A stretch of 64,000 bases of DNA from a virus. Where the stretch lies: UHGV virus genome UHGV-0185973, one strand, 5' to 3'. Positions 1 through 8,593 of this stretch are shown piece after piece. The stretch's first letter is position 1. The number at the start of each line of letters is the position of its first letter. The notes beneath the pieces were generated by a model. It had not been told where the DNA came from and ran no database searches. It worked only from the letters and a program-made list of their open reading frames with translations. The position numbers and the translations under genes were made by a program.

Positions 1-399
1 ATGTTTAAAATCTCAAAAGCATTAATGGAAGTGCTGAAAGAATGCACGTTAGATGATGGAAAGTGTGAGAAAGAGCATCGTCGTGGTTCAAGCTTTTACA
101 TCACTAGTGAACTCACAATCACTCAAGAGCTAATTGACTCAATCAAAGAGGATGAAAACTTAGTAGTACCTGATTGGTTACTTGATAAAATCATTATCAT
201 AACAGGTACTTGGGACGATGATTGGGGAACTGAGATTGGTGATATCTCATTCTACAGCTACATCCAGAAGATTAATCCTAAGTATGTGGCCTTGATGACT
301 GCTGCACAAGATAGTAAAATCTTGCAAGACTTCATTTACAAACACTGCCCAGAATATGTTATGTCTTATGAAAAGATTGAAGTGGAGGTGGTAGAATGA
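1..399 (+). CDS. hypothetical protein; may be 5'-truncated at window edge
   Basis: ORF from position 1; stop overlaps nrdG start (ATGA at 396-399), implying co-transcription. No recognisable motif. Confidence 0.45.
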   Translation: MFKISKALMEVLKECTLDDGKCEKEHRRGSSFYITSELTITQELIDSIKEDENLVVPDWLLDKIIIITGTWDDDWGTEIGDISFYSYIQKINPKYVALMTAAQDSKILQDFIYKHCPEYVMSYEKIEVEVVE

Positions 400-881
400 A
401 TTTTATGGAAATTCGAGGATTTGATACAGCTAATGGCGAAGGTGCTCGTGTGAGTATCTTTGTAGCTGGTTGCAAGCATCACTGTGAAGGTTGCTTCAAT
501 AAAGAATCTTGGAAATTCAATGCAGGTAAAGAGTTTACTAATTTTGATATGGCTGATATCTTAGCTATGTTGAAAGATAATGGTATAGAAGGTTTGTCAG
601 TGTTAGGTGGAGAGCCTTTAGAAGAACGAAACATTGACACTGTAGCGTATATCTGCAAAACTGTTAAAGAGAATTACCCAGAGAAATCTATCTGGCTTTG
701 GACAGGTTTCCAGCTTCATCAAAAAATCCACCATGAAGTGATGAAATATGTTGACGTGGTGATTGATGGTAAGTATGATGCTTCTAAACAAACGAACAAA
801 CCATATCGTGGTTCAGACAACCAAAACTTGTGGAGAAAAGAATATGGCTGGCAAGGTGACTGTCAATGGAGAGCAGAATAA
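396..881 (+). CDS. nrdG: anaerobic ribonucleotide reductase activating protein (radical SAM)
   Basis: N-terminal CKHHCEGC (C-x3-C-x2-C) radical-SAM cluster motif in FVAGCKHHCEGCFN; about 160 aa, as for phage NrdG. Confidence 0.8.
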   Translation: MNFMEIRGFDTANGEGARVSIFVAGCKHHCEGCFNKESWKFNAGKEFTNFDMADILAMLKDNGIEGLSVLGGEPLEERNIDTVAYICKTVKENYPEKSIWLWTGFQLHQKIHHEVMKYVDVVIDGKYDASKQTNKPYRGSDNQNLWRKEYGWQGDCQWRAE

Positions 882-1122
882 CTACTCCGGTAAGTGGACT
901 TATAACATCAACTCACTTGATGAGTGGATGGTAAAGACACATGAGAAGTTTGGAGAGCGTGGGTTAGTAGCTCTAGCAGAGCTTGTTAAAAGTGTTACTT
1001 TCCACGTTGATTCAGAAAGTACATTTAATGATGGACAGATGCTTTTCACTGATGTAACATACGAAAATGTTCAAGTTGTTATCGAAAAAGAAGAACTAGA
1101 CCAGTTCTGTATTAAACTTTAA
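844..1122 (+). CDS. hypothetical protein
   Basis: ATG at 844 preceded by GGAG at 832-835 with 8-nt spacer; track ORF 763-1122 begins with TTG and overlaps nrdG. Confidence 0.45.
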   Translation: MAGKVTVNGEQNNYSGKWTYNINSLDEWMVKTHEKFGERGLVALAELVKSVTFHVDSESTFNDGQMLFTDVTYENVQVVIEKEELDQFCIKL

Positions 1123-1137
1123 ATGAGAGAGATTAAA

Positions 1138-1395
1138 ATGGGAATTTTTAGTAACATGAAAGCTGGTTTCTTAGCGGCACTGGCAAAAGCAGCAGCAATT
1201 GTTTCTATGACAGGTAAGCAAGTTGGTGTAGATGCTTCAGCAGTTGCACAGGTTCTTGCAAGCCAGATTGAAAACCAACCTTACATCCACGTTGGACGTG
1301 GTAAAGGCGGTAAGAAACAAGCTCACCGTCAGTCTGGTGCAGCAGCAATTAAACGTGCAGCTAAAAAAGCTCGCAACCGTAAACGTAGCAAGTAA
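1138..1395 (+). CDS. hypothetical small protein with Lys/Arg-rich C-terminus
   Basis: ATG at 1138 preceded by GAGAG RBS; C-terminal tail AAKKARNRKRSK. Confidence 0.5.
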   Translation: MGIFSNMKAGFLAALAKAAAIVSMTGKQVGVDASAVAQVLASQIENQPYIHVGRGKGGKKQAHRQSGAAAIKRAAKKARNRKRSK

Positions 1396-1407
1396 GGGAT
1401 AGCCAAC

Positions 1408-1719
1408 ATGGAAAAGGTTTATAACACCCGTAAGATTCAGATTGCAATTTTGTGCCAGTTTATGGCTGATAGATATGATGCACATTATTGTGGTACAGGT
1501 TTTTTAGCTTTTGGTGGTGAGTATATCCCATTTAAGAAAGCTGTAAAGATGTACAACGAATCTTCTGATGAACGTAAAGAGTTAGAGCAGCTTAAGCTAA
1601 CTTATGACAAGAAATCTAAGAAGATTATCTGCCTTAACAACTATATCAAACCTACTCATCACGTTCTGGATAATATTGGTGAAGAAGGTTTCTTCAAAGT
1701 GTTGAAAATCTCGCAGTAA
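1408..1719 (+). CDS. hypothetical protein
   Basis: ORF with upstream AAGGGA RBS-like sequence; followed by terminator hairpin. Confidence 0.5.
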   Translation: MEKVYNTRKIQIAILCQFMADRYDAHYCGTGFLAFGGEYIPFKKAVKMYNESSDERKELEQLKLTYDKKSKKIICLNNYIKPTHHVLDNIGEEGFFKVLKISQ

Positions 1720-1731
1720 TAGTTTATGATT

Positions 1732-1762
1732 AGGGAACTGTAAAAGGTTCCCTTTTTATTTT
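1732..1762 (+). terminator. rho-independent terminator
   Basis: AGGGAAC-tgtaaaa-GGTTCCCT hairpin followed by TTTTTATTTT. Confidence 0.65.
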
Positions 1763-1771
1763 GGAGAAAAC

Positions 1772-2287
1772 ATGTATCTTGCAAACCTTAAGCGTTCTGC
1801 TGCAATGTCTGTTCTACGTCTTGACTTTGATGAGCGTCAAGAATTTATAGACTCCCACAAATATGACCCTTCAAACTCTAATCACATGGTTCTTTGGAAT
1901 CGTGGAAGCTTCCGTGACAAATCACTCTTCAGATACTACCCTCACTACACCATAGACAACCTATACGAGTACTGCGTTGTCAAGAACACTATTGCAGTAC
2001 TTAACAAACTATGCAGATACTCTGGCAAGCAAGCTTTTACATTAGGCCACCACAAACCCGTCACAAAGGGTGGTGAACATCATTGCTCTAACTGGTTTAT
2101 CCAGACTCAGCTTGATAACCAAAAGCAGGGAGAAACTATTCTGGACACCCCTAAGATGAACTATGAAGAACAAAAGGCTTATCTTAAAAATAATATGCCA
2201 CCAATGCTTGACAAGGAATATGCAGTTCTGGCAATATCTCTCTTGTTGAAGTTTGAGACAGTTTATAGGGCAACTTATCATGGCTAA
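1772..2287 (+). CDS. putative HNH endonuclease-like protein
   Basis: GGAGA RBS; motif GHHKPVTKGGEHHCSNW resembles the HNH core (H-H...P...GG...N); second half of motif not obvious. Confidence 0.4.
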   Translation: MYLANLKRSAAMSVLRLDFDERQEFIDSHKYDPSNSNHMVLWNRGSFRDKSLFRYYPHYTIDNLYEYCVVKNTIAVLNKLCRYSGKQAFTLGHHKPVTKGGEHHCSNWFIQTQLDNQKQGETILDTPKMNYEEQKAYLKNNMPPMLDKEYAVLAISLLLKFETVYRATYHG

Positions 2288-2558
2288 AGAGAAATGGGAA
2301 ATCTTACCATTAGTTAGTGACGGTGGAAATGGTTGTGAAATGTATATGATACGTGGTCACGTCCCAGAATCACTGGCTCTTGAAATGGTAGACCATTATA
2401 CAGATGGTTCTTACAAAGACTTCGGAGAACCAAATGTTAAACAGCAATGGGTTAAACCTGTACCAGATAGTACAGGAAACTGTAGTGTTCTTTACCACAC
2501 TGTAGACCCTGCAAAATGTAAATCTGCAATGGCAGTAACCAACGTAACTTTTGATTGA
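2280..2558 (+). CDS. hypothetical protein
   Basis: First ATG of track ORF 2253-2558 (which begins with TTG); overlaps upstream gene by 8 nt. Confidence 0.4.
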   Translation: MAKEKWEILPLVSDGGNGCEMYMIRGHVPESLALEMVDHYTDGSYKDFGEPNVKQQWVKPVPDSTGNCSVLYHTVDPAKCKSAMAVTNVTFD

Positions 2559-2568
2559 GAGAAATATT

Positions 2569-3450
2569 ATGAAAACCACTATTCGAGTTCTGCTAAGTTC
2601 TAATGCTAAAGGTAGCATTCAAGAAATCTTTAATATTATCCAATTTCCGTCTGGTGAGATTGGTGGCAACTTCTCTGAAGACTTTGTAGAATTTGCTGAA
2701 AGCTTTGCTGGTAAGATTGAAAATGTCATATTTACTGTGCAGGGTTATGATAAAGATACTTTGTTTGCCTTAGCTTTAGCTAAAGAGGCAGTTGACAAGC
2801 TCATCCCTCAAGGTTCAGCTATGAAGACTGTTCTGTTCGGGTTCTTACCAAATGCCCGTTATGACCGTCACATGTTTAAAGGTGATGCAGCAGCACTCAA
2901 AGTGTTTGCCAATCTGGTGAATGCAATGGAATTTGATGCAGTATGCTCTCTGGATGTTCATAGCAATGTCGCAGAAAACCTGTTTAAGTGCTTCCATTGC
3001 ATACCTCAGAAAGAGTTTGCGGCACACTTTGCAAGTGACCCACGTATTGATTACTTGGTAGCACCAGATGCAGGTGCAGCTAAGAAGACTGAAGAGGCTG
3101 CTAAAGAGGTTGAAAAGCCTTATATTACAATGGCTAAGGTTCGTAATCTGAAAACTGGTGAAATTACCGGTATGCGAATCCTTGACGATGTAGACTTAAC
3201 TGGTAAGACTGTCATGATTCTGGATGATATCTGTGATGGTGGTCGAACCTTCGTAGAGGCTGCAAAGTATCTTCGTGAAGCTGGAGCAGAACGTGTAGAA
3301 CTCTGTGTCACTCATGGGATTTTCTCTAAAGGTGTTGAAAATCTTCTTGACAATGGTATCGACCATATCTACACTACAAACTCATTAGGTGATGCTAAAG
3401 ACCGTGGTCTGAATAAGCACTCACAAGTAACTGTAGCAAACATTGAATAA
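2569..3450 (+). CDS. ribose-phosphate pyrophosphokinase-like protein (PRPP synthetase family; possibly ADPR-PP synthetase-like)
   Basis: GAGAGA RBS 6 nt before ATG 2569; C-terminal PRTase-type nucleotide-binding motif TVMILDDICDGGRT; about 293 aa. Confidence 0.7.
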   Translation: MKTTIRVLLSSNAKGSIQEIFNIIQFPSGEIGGNFSEDFVEFAESFAGKIENVIFTVQGYDKDTLFALALAKEAVDKLIPQGSAMKTVLFGFLPNARYDRHMFKGDAAALKVFANLVNAMEFDAVCSLDVHSNVAENLFKCFHCIPQKEFAAHFASDPRIDYLVAPDAGAAKKTEEAAKEVEKPYITMAKVRNLKTGEITGMRILDDVDLTGKTVMILDDICDGGRTFVEAAKYLREAGAERVELCVTHGIFSKGVENLLDNGIDHIYTTNSLGDAKDRGLNKHSQVTVANIE

Positions 3451-3460
3451 AAACTTTAAA

Positions 3461-3482
3461 GGGGCTGCATAGCCCCATTTTG
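3461..3482 (+). terminator. rho-independent terminator
   Basis: GGGGCT-gcat-AGCCCC hairpin followed by ATTTT. Confidence 0.6.
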
Positions 3483-3496
3483 AGAGAGATAAGAAG

Positions 3497-5314
3497 ATGA
3501 CTAAATCAATCTACGCAGTTCCAGCAGGTCTTAATGCAGATGCCTACAAAGCAGGTCACATCTACCAGTATCCAAGTGCTACACAGTATTTGATGCTGAA
3601 CCTTACACCTCGTGGTGATAAGTGGTTTAACAGCCCCTTAGAAGTTGACGGTGTAGTTGCTTTTGGTATCCAACGTTTTGTAAAAGACTATCTGGTAGAC
3701 CATTGGAATGCAACGTTCTTTGAGCGTGACAAGAAAGAAGCTGTTGATGAAATCTTAGAAGTTATGAATGGTGTACTTGGTGCAGATGCTATTGGTCGTG
3801 AGCATTGGGAAGAACTCCACGATTTAGGGTACTTACCCGTTGCTGTATATTCTGTTGAAGAAGGTATTGTAGTACCAATGCGTGTGCCAATGATTGTCTT
3901 CAAAAATACTGTTGAAGGTTTCCATTGGGTAGCTGGTTATCTGGAAGATGCTTTCTCTGCTGAAATTTGGAAAGCTTGTACCATTGCAACTATTGCGCTG
4001 CACTACAAACGTATCTGTAAGAATTGGGCTGATGTAACCTGTGATAATGACTTCCACTTACCTTGGCAGTGTCATGATTTTGCAATGCGTGGTATGTCTG
4101 GCTTCACAGATGATGCTTTTAATGCTGTAGGTCACTTGACCAGCTTTAAAGGTACTGACAGCTTCCCTGCTGTGTATACTGCTAAACGTGCTTATGGTCA
4201 GTTTATGACAATCAGTGATATTGGCAACTCTGTACCAGCAACTGAACACTCTGTGATGTGTGCAAACATTTCATGGAATAGTACATCTAAAGAAGTTAGT
4301 GATTGGCATCTTATGCAATCTGATAACCTGCTAGATGCAATGCGTTGGCGTGGCGAGGTAGACACTTTCAAACGTCTGTTAGTTGATGTTTATCCAACTG
4401 GTATTGCAAGTGTTGTTTCAGATACTTATAACTTCTGGCGTACTGTTACACAGATTCTACCAGAATTACGCGAAGTCATCCTGAACCGTGATGGTAAGTT
4501 GGTTATCCGTCCAGACTCTGGAGACCCTGTTCACATTGTAACTGGCTACAAAGCTATTGAGTGGGAAACTGCTAAGTCAATGTTCTATAAGCATATGAAG
4601 AGTCTTGCACCTGATAATACTCATCTGCATGATGCAATCTTAAATTGTGAGATGGGTGATATGGGCTTTGGCTTTGCTGCTTGGTTAGTCTCAGAAGGCT
4701 ATGAGATGACAGTTGACAAAGAAGACTTTGACCATGCTGATACAGTTAACCTGATTGCCGCTCAAAAGACTGGACAGTTTACTGTTAAGCGTATGCTGAC
4801 AGCAGAGATTGACGGAGCTATCAAAACTCTGTACAACATCTTTGGAGGCCACGTAAACAGCAAAGGTTACAAAGTACTGGATGAGCATATTGGCTTAATC
4901 TACGGAGATTCTATCACTCTTGAACGTGCTGATGAGATTCTTAAGCGTCTTGCTGAGAAAGGTTTTGCAAGCTCTAACGTAGTGTTTGGCGTAGGTTCTT
5001 ACACTTATCAGTATCTGACTCGTGATACCTTTGCATTTGCTGTTAAGGCTACACTTGCTCAAATGGATGGTGAAGAAATTATGCTGGCAAAAGACCCTAA
5101 AACTGACAGTGGTCTGAAGAAGTCTGCATTTGGTGGTGTAGTTCCAATGTGGGACGGTGATAAACTGGAAGCTGTAGACGGCTTAGGTTTTGCAGAGTTT
5201 GAAGGTGTCATTGATAACCCTCAGTGCGCACTGAAGCTTGTCTTCTGTGACTCACAACCATATGGTTACGTTAACCTTCGTGATGTACGAAAAGTTATTG
5301 ACAACCAGATTTAA
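3497..5314 (+). CDS. nadV: nicotinamide phosphoribosyltransferase-like protein (NadV/Nampt family; possibly Namat-like)
   Basis: 605-aa ORF; called NadV/Nampt-family from overall recognition and adjacency to the Prs-like gene; no single signature motif quoted. Confidence 0.65.
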   Translation: MTKSIYAVPAGLNADAYKAGHIYQYPSATQYLMLNLTPRGDKWFNSPLEVDGVVAFGIQRFVKDYLVDHWNATFFERDKKEAVDEILEVMNGVLGADAIGREHWEELHDLGYLPVAVYSVEEGIVVPMRVPMIVFKNTVEGFHWVAGYLEDAFSAEIWKACTIATIALHYKRICKNWADVTCDNDFHLPWQCHDFAMRGMSGFTDDAFNAVGHLTSFKGTDSFPAVYTAKRAYGQFMTISDIGNSVPATEHSVMCANISWNSTSKEVSDWHLMQSDNLLDAMRWRGEVDTFKRLLVDVYPTGIASVVSDTYNFWRTVTQILPELREVILNRDGKLVIRPDSGDPVHIVTGYKAIEWETAKSMFYKHMKSLAPDNTHLHDAILNCEMGDMGFGFAAWLVSEGYEMTVDKEDFDHADTVNLIAAQKTGQFTVKRMLTAEIDGAIKTLYNIFGGHVNSKGYKVLDEHIGLIYGDSITLERADEILKRLAEKGFASSNVVFGVGSYTYQYLTRDTFAFAVKATLAQMDGEEIMLAKDPKTDSGLKKSAFGGVVPMWDGDKLEAVDGLGFAEFEGVIDNPQCALKLVFCDSQPYGYVNLRDVRKVIDNQI

Positions 5315-5327
5315 GTAAGTATTATAA

Positions 5328-5352
5328 GAGGCTCCTACGGGAGCCTTTTTAA
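5328..5352 (+). terminator. rho-independent terminator (GGCTCC/GGAGCC family)
   Basis: GGCTCC-tacg-GGAGCC hairpin followed by TTTTT. Confidence 0.7.
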
Positions 5353-5367
5353 TTTCTGGAGAATGTT

Positions 5368-5589
5368 ATGAGATTTAATACAGATTTATTTTACACAGAC
5401 AGCACTGGATTCTTTGGTTGGTCTCCAGCAGCAGCTTGGCAGTTATGGTTTTCAGAAGATTACAAAGAGGATAGGCAAGTCTTTGTAATGGACTACAAGT
5501 TCCCTGTAAAACCAACTAAACGTCAGGTTAGAAAGCTTCGTAGAGAGTTTCGTAAAGTTTGCAAAGGGGTTATTAGCTATGAAAATTAA
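5368..5589 (+). CDS. hypothetical protein
   Basis: ORF with GGAG RBS upstream. Confidence 0.45.
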   Translation: MRFNTDLFYTDSTGFFGWSPAAAWQLWFSEDYKEDRQVFVMDYKFPVKPTKRQVRKLRREFRKVCKGVISYEN

Positions 5590-5914
5590 GCAAATGAATA
5601 TCAACATTATCTTAGAAGAACGCTGGGAAAACATCAAACGTACTGAAGATGGTCACAAGTTCATTACTAAGATTATGCAGGAAGCACAGACTCAACTTGC
5701 TTCTGAGATTCATACAACGATTACTTTGAAGGTTTACATCAAAGGTCTGCCACAAAACCATCAAGAAGCACTTGACCTGTTCTGTGAGCACTTCTACAAT
5801 CCGAACAAAAGAATCCTTGAAGATAATTTTGCAGTCTCTTCAAGTATCGTTCATGACAGAAGTTTTATCCTGTTTAAAACTGTAGGGGAAAAGGTATGCA
5901 AGGTTATTGGTTAG
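5579..5914 (+). CDS. hypothetical protein
   Basis: ORF overlapping the upstream gene by 11 nt; no recognisable motif. Confidence 0.4.
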   Translation: MKIKQMNINIILEERWENIKRTEDGHKFITKIMQEAQTQLASEIHTTITLKVYIKGLPQNHQEALDLFCEHFYNPNKRILEDNFAVSSSIVHDRSFILFKTVGEKVCKVIG

Positions 5915-6075
5915 AGATTGTCTTATCACTTGGTTGTATAGTTGCAATTGCAGTGCTATTATGCAGGTACTTTGCAGAAACAGAACCATGTGAAGAGTGT
6001 GAAGGGACTGGTGTAGCAGGTATGGGGCATTGCTGCCCCTACTGCAACGGTTCTGGAAAGAAATTTAAAAAATAA
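5896..6075 (+). CDS. small membrane/zinc-ribbon-like protein (59 aa), not in ORF track
   Basis: ATG 5896 after GGGGAAAAGG; product MQGYWLEIVLSLGCIVAIAVLLCRYF... has a hydrophobic N-terminus and C-terminal CEECEGTG...CCPYCNGSG Cys cluster. Confidence 0.35.
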   Translation: MQGYWLEIVLSLGCIVAIAVLLCRYFAETEPCEECEGTGVAGMGHCCPYCNGSGKKFKK

Positions 6076-6076
6076 T

Positions 6077-6106
6077 TTGACATGGCTATACAGTTTTCTG
6101 TATAGT
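6077..6106 (+). promoter_or_regulatory. sigma70-like promoter (TTGACA-N18-TATAGT) with embedded inverted repeat
   Basis: TTGACA 6077-6082 and TATAGT 6101-6106; spacer contains CTATACAG-tttt-CTGTATAG (6086-6105); directly upstream of rIIA. Confidence 0.55.
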
Positions 6107-6139
6107 CTCTTAACCAAAACAACATAGAGGAATATAGTT

Positions 6140-8515
6140 ATGCGCATGGTAAATGACCACGCAGAAGTAATTAAGAGTTCAACCACGTTAGAGACTGCTC
6201 AAGCATCGATTACCATGACTCCTGAGATGTTTAGTCTTCTGAGTTCTGGTGTATACACACATAAGGAACGTGCTGTAATTCGTGAGCTTTCCTGTAATGC
6301 TGTAGATGCTCATGTAGAGGCTGGTAATTCAGATAAACCATTCAGGGTTCACTTACCAACTCGTTTTGAGCCTTACTTTGAAGTACGAGATTTTGGAACT
6401 GGTTTAACACACGATAAAGTTATGTCTCTGTATCTCAACTACGGAGAATCAACAAAGAATGATTCCAACGATTATATTGGTGCAATGGGTATCGGTTCAA
6501 AGTCACCATTTGCAATTGCTCAATCATTTACTGTGTCAAGCTATGTAGATGGTGTTGTAAACAAATACTCTGTATATCTGGAAAATGGTATTCCAAGGGT
6601 TACTAAACTGACAACTAACCCTACTGTTGAACCAAACGGTTTAGCTGTACGTGTGGCAGTTTCTGACCAACGTATCAGTAAGTTTGCAGATGAAGCAAGT
6701 AACGTGTTCTCTTACTTCAAAGTAAAACCAGAGTGTAACATTGAGTATCGTGATATCCTTGCAGAGATGACTTCAATCTCTCGTGAAGCAAATGTCTACG
6801 ATGCTATGAAGTACAAAGAGAACTGGCGTTCAAGCAATAACGTAGTTAACTTTAATGTGGTCATGGGTAATATTGCATACCCTGTTGATGTACCAACTTT
6901 GTTCGAAGGTAACTATGCAGATGCTGTTCCACAGTTCTTCAGGAATGCAGTAGACCTTGTTAACATCTATATGCCAATCGGTTCAGTAGCTATTGCTGCA
7001 TCTCGTGAAGCACTACAGATGAATGAGGCAACTAAGCAGAAGATTATTGATGCTGTTAACCGTATCACAGAGACTATTGTTGCAGATGTTATCAAGGCTG
7101 TTGCTGATAAGCCAACTTTGCTTGATGCTGCACAAGCTTACAGTGACATGTTTAAAGATTCTCGTGAAATCTTCATGCACGTTCAAAACAAGCTTGAGTG
7201 GAATGGTCAGAACTTAGCAGAACTTGACAGAAAACTTAACAGTATTCGTCGTGGTCAGTTAACTGAAGCAGATGGTTCACCGTCATTTATTAAGAATGAT
7301 GCAGGTGATTTCATGCTTGACAAAGATGGTAATAAGATTCCTAACATTGGGAACCTGTATGAACCAGTAGCTTATTATAAGTTTAGTAGTCTTGAGAACC
7401 GTATTCGTGCAACTTCAGCCACTTATACACAAGACTCTTCAATGTTCAATATCTTCAGTGGTATGAGCAAAGATAAGCTGTATAACTACATGTTTATGAT
7501 TAATGACCGTCGAAACAAAAACGGTACTGAGAAGACAACTGGTAAGAATCAGATTATCCGTGGAGCTTGCCGTGACCGTGAACTTGAAGAACCTATGTTC
7601 CGTCGCTACAATGGTATAGTTTTCATGTTTAGTTCTGAAGAACAATTGGATGACTTTATCAAGCTTCATATGCTGGATAAGAGCTTGCTTAATATTGTCA
7701 CAATGTCTTCTAAAGAGCACCACTATGTTAAGCGTACCGTTGTACGTGGTGTTGTTAAGCTGTATAAAGCATTCATGGACAGTACACCACGGATTGCCTA
7801 TACAGAAGTGAAAGAGAACTTTGATGATATTGAAGAACCACAATATTACATCAAGGCACAAAGTGACACTGTTGTGGGTGATATCTTCAGTTGTTCCCCA
7901 GAGACAGCAGCAAAACTGACTGCTCAACTTATTGGACAACCTGTGTATGTCTTCCGTAAGGCTAACTGGAAGAAAGTACCTGAAGATTGGATTGAAATCA
8001 GTGACCAAGTTTTCAAAGATTTTATTGACAGTAGCCATTGGGTTGATTACAATCGCTACCTCACTCACCAGTACATGAGTGGAAGTAAAGGCACTAGCAT
8101 TCTTGACTGTAATGTTATCTCAAGAAACTTCACCTTTAAGGATAAGAAGATTTCTAAAGGCTACGTGTACAGCAAAGACTTTGAGAAGGTAATGTTCCTT
8201 GAAGGGAATGAAGAAGCAATTGAGGATGTATTCGGTCGAATCGCCTACACTGCTGCACCTATTGCTTACATGTTTGAGACAAGTGTTTTAAATGACATTC
8301 GTCGTCACACAAAGAGCGGAAGCAAAATTAACAAGAGTCTGAAGAAAGCTAAGAACCATATGGAGAAGAAACTTGAAGTTTATTTCTCTAAAAGAAAGTC
8401 AAAAAACTTCTTGCTTTCACACCTTGATTGGAATAAAGTAAGCCCTGTTGAAGTGAGTAACTTCTTAGGTCACCAAGTCCGGTCAATCCCTTCAGATACA
8501 ACTGCTTGGGACTAA
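6140..8515 (+). CDS. rIIA: rIIA protein
   Basis: 791-aa ORF; N-terminal ATPase-like region (ELSCNAVDAH...GTGLTHDKV...GAMGIGSKSPF); immediately upstream of a clear rIIB homologue, the conserved rIIA-rIIB arrangement. Confidence 0.75.
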   Translation: MRMVNDHAEVIKSSTTLETAQASITMTPEMFSLLSSGVYTHKERAVIRELSCNAVDAHVEAGNSDKPFRVHLPTRFEPYFEVRDFGTGLTHDKVMSLYLNYGESTKNDSNDYIGAMGIGSKSPFAIAQSFTVSSYVDGVVNKYSVYLENGIPRVTKLTTNPTVEPNGLAVRVAVSDQRISKFADEASNVFSYFKVKPECNIEYRDILAEMTSISREANVYDAMKYKENWRSSNNVVNFNVVMGNIAYPVDVPTLFEGNYADAVPQFFRNAVDLVNIYMPIGSVAIAASREALQMNEATKQKIIDAVNRITETIVADVIKAVADKPTLLDAAQAYSDMFKDSREIFMHVQNKLEWNGQNLAELDRKLNSIRRGQLTEADGSPSFIKNDAGDFMLDKDGNKIPNIGNLYEPVAYYKFSSLENRIRATSATYTQDSSMFNIFSGMSKDKLYNYMFMINDRRNKNGTEKTTGKNQIIRGACRDRELEEPMFRRYNGIVFMFSSEEQLDDFIKLHMLDKSLLNIVTMSSKEHHYVKRTVVRGVVKLYKAFMDSTPRIAYTEVKENFDDIEEPQYYIKAQSDTVVGDIFSCSPETAAKLTAQLIGQPVYVFRKANWKKVPEDWIEISDQVFKDFIDSSHWVDYNRYLTHQYMSGSKGTSILDCNVISRNFTFKDKKISKGYVYSKDFEKVMFLEGNEEAIEDVFGRIAYTAAPIAYMFETSVLNDIRRHTKSGSKINKSLKKAKNHMEKKLEVYFSKRKSKNFLLSHLDWNKVSPVEVSNFLGHQVRSIPSDTTAWD

Positions 8516-8523
8516 ACAAAAGC

Positions 8524-8552
8524 TTGACTGGGGCTGAAAAGCCCCTTAGAAT
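8524..8552 (+). promoter_or_regulatory. promoter-like element with stem-loop in spacer (TTGACT-N17-TAGAAT)
   Basis: TTGACT 8524-8529; spacer is the hairpin GGGGCT-gaaaa-GCCCC; TAGAAT 8547-8552. Confidence 0.45.
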
Positions 8553-8593
8553 ACGAAACACAAACTTTTAAACAACAAAGAGAGATATTTAAA

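Noticed and set aside
1-399. NrdD C-terminal fragment upstream of nrdG
   Set aside because: The 132-aa product lacks the glycyl-radical motif and C-terminal zinc ribbon expected for NrdD; left as hypothetical.
763-1122. Longer ORF versions starting at TTG (763, 2253, 2551, 14779, 38349)
   Set aside because: Each first codon is TTG with no RBS, while a downstream ATG has a good Shine-Dalgarno sequence; the shorter ATG starts were preferred.
7439-8068. 209-aa minus-strand ORF
   Set aside because: Antisense within rIIA; no start context; the rIIA frame is continuous.
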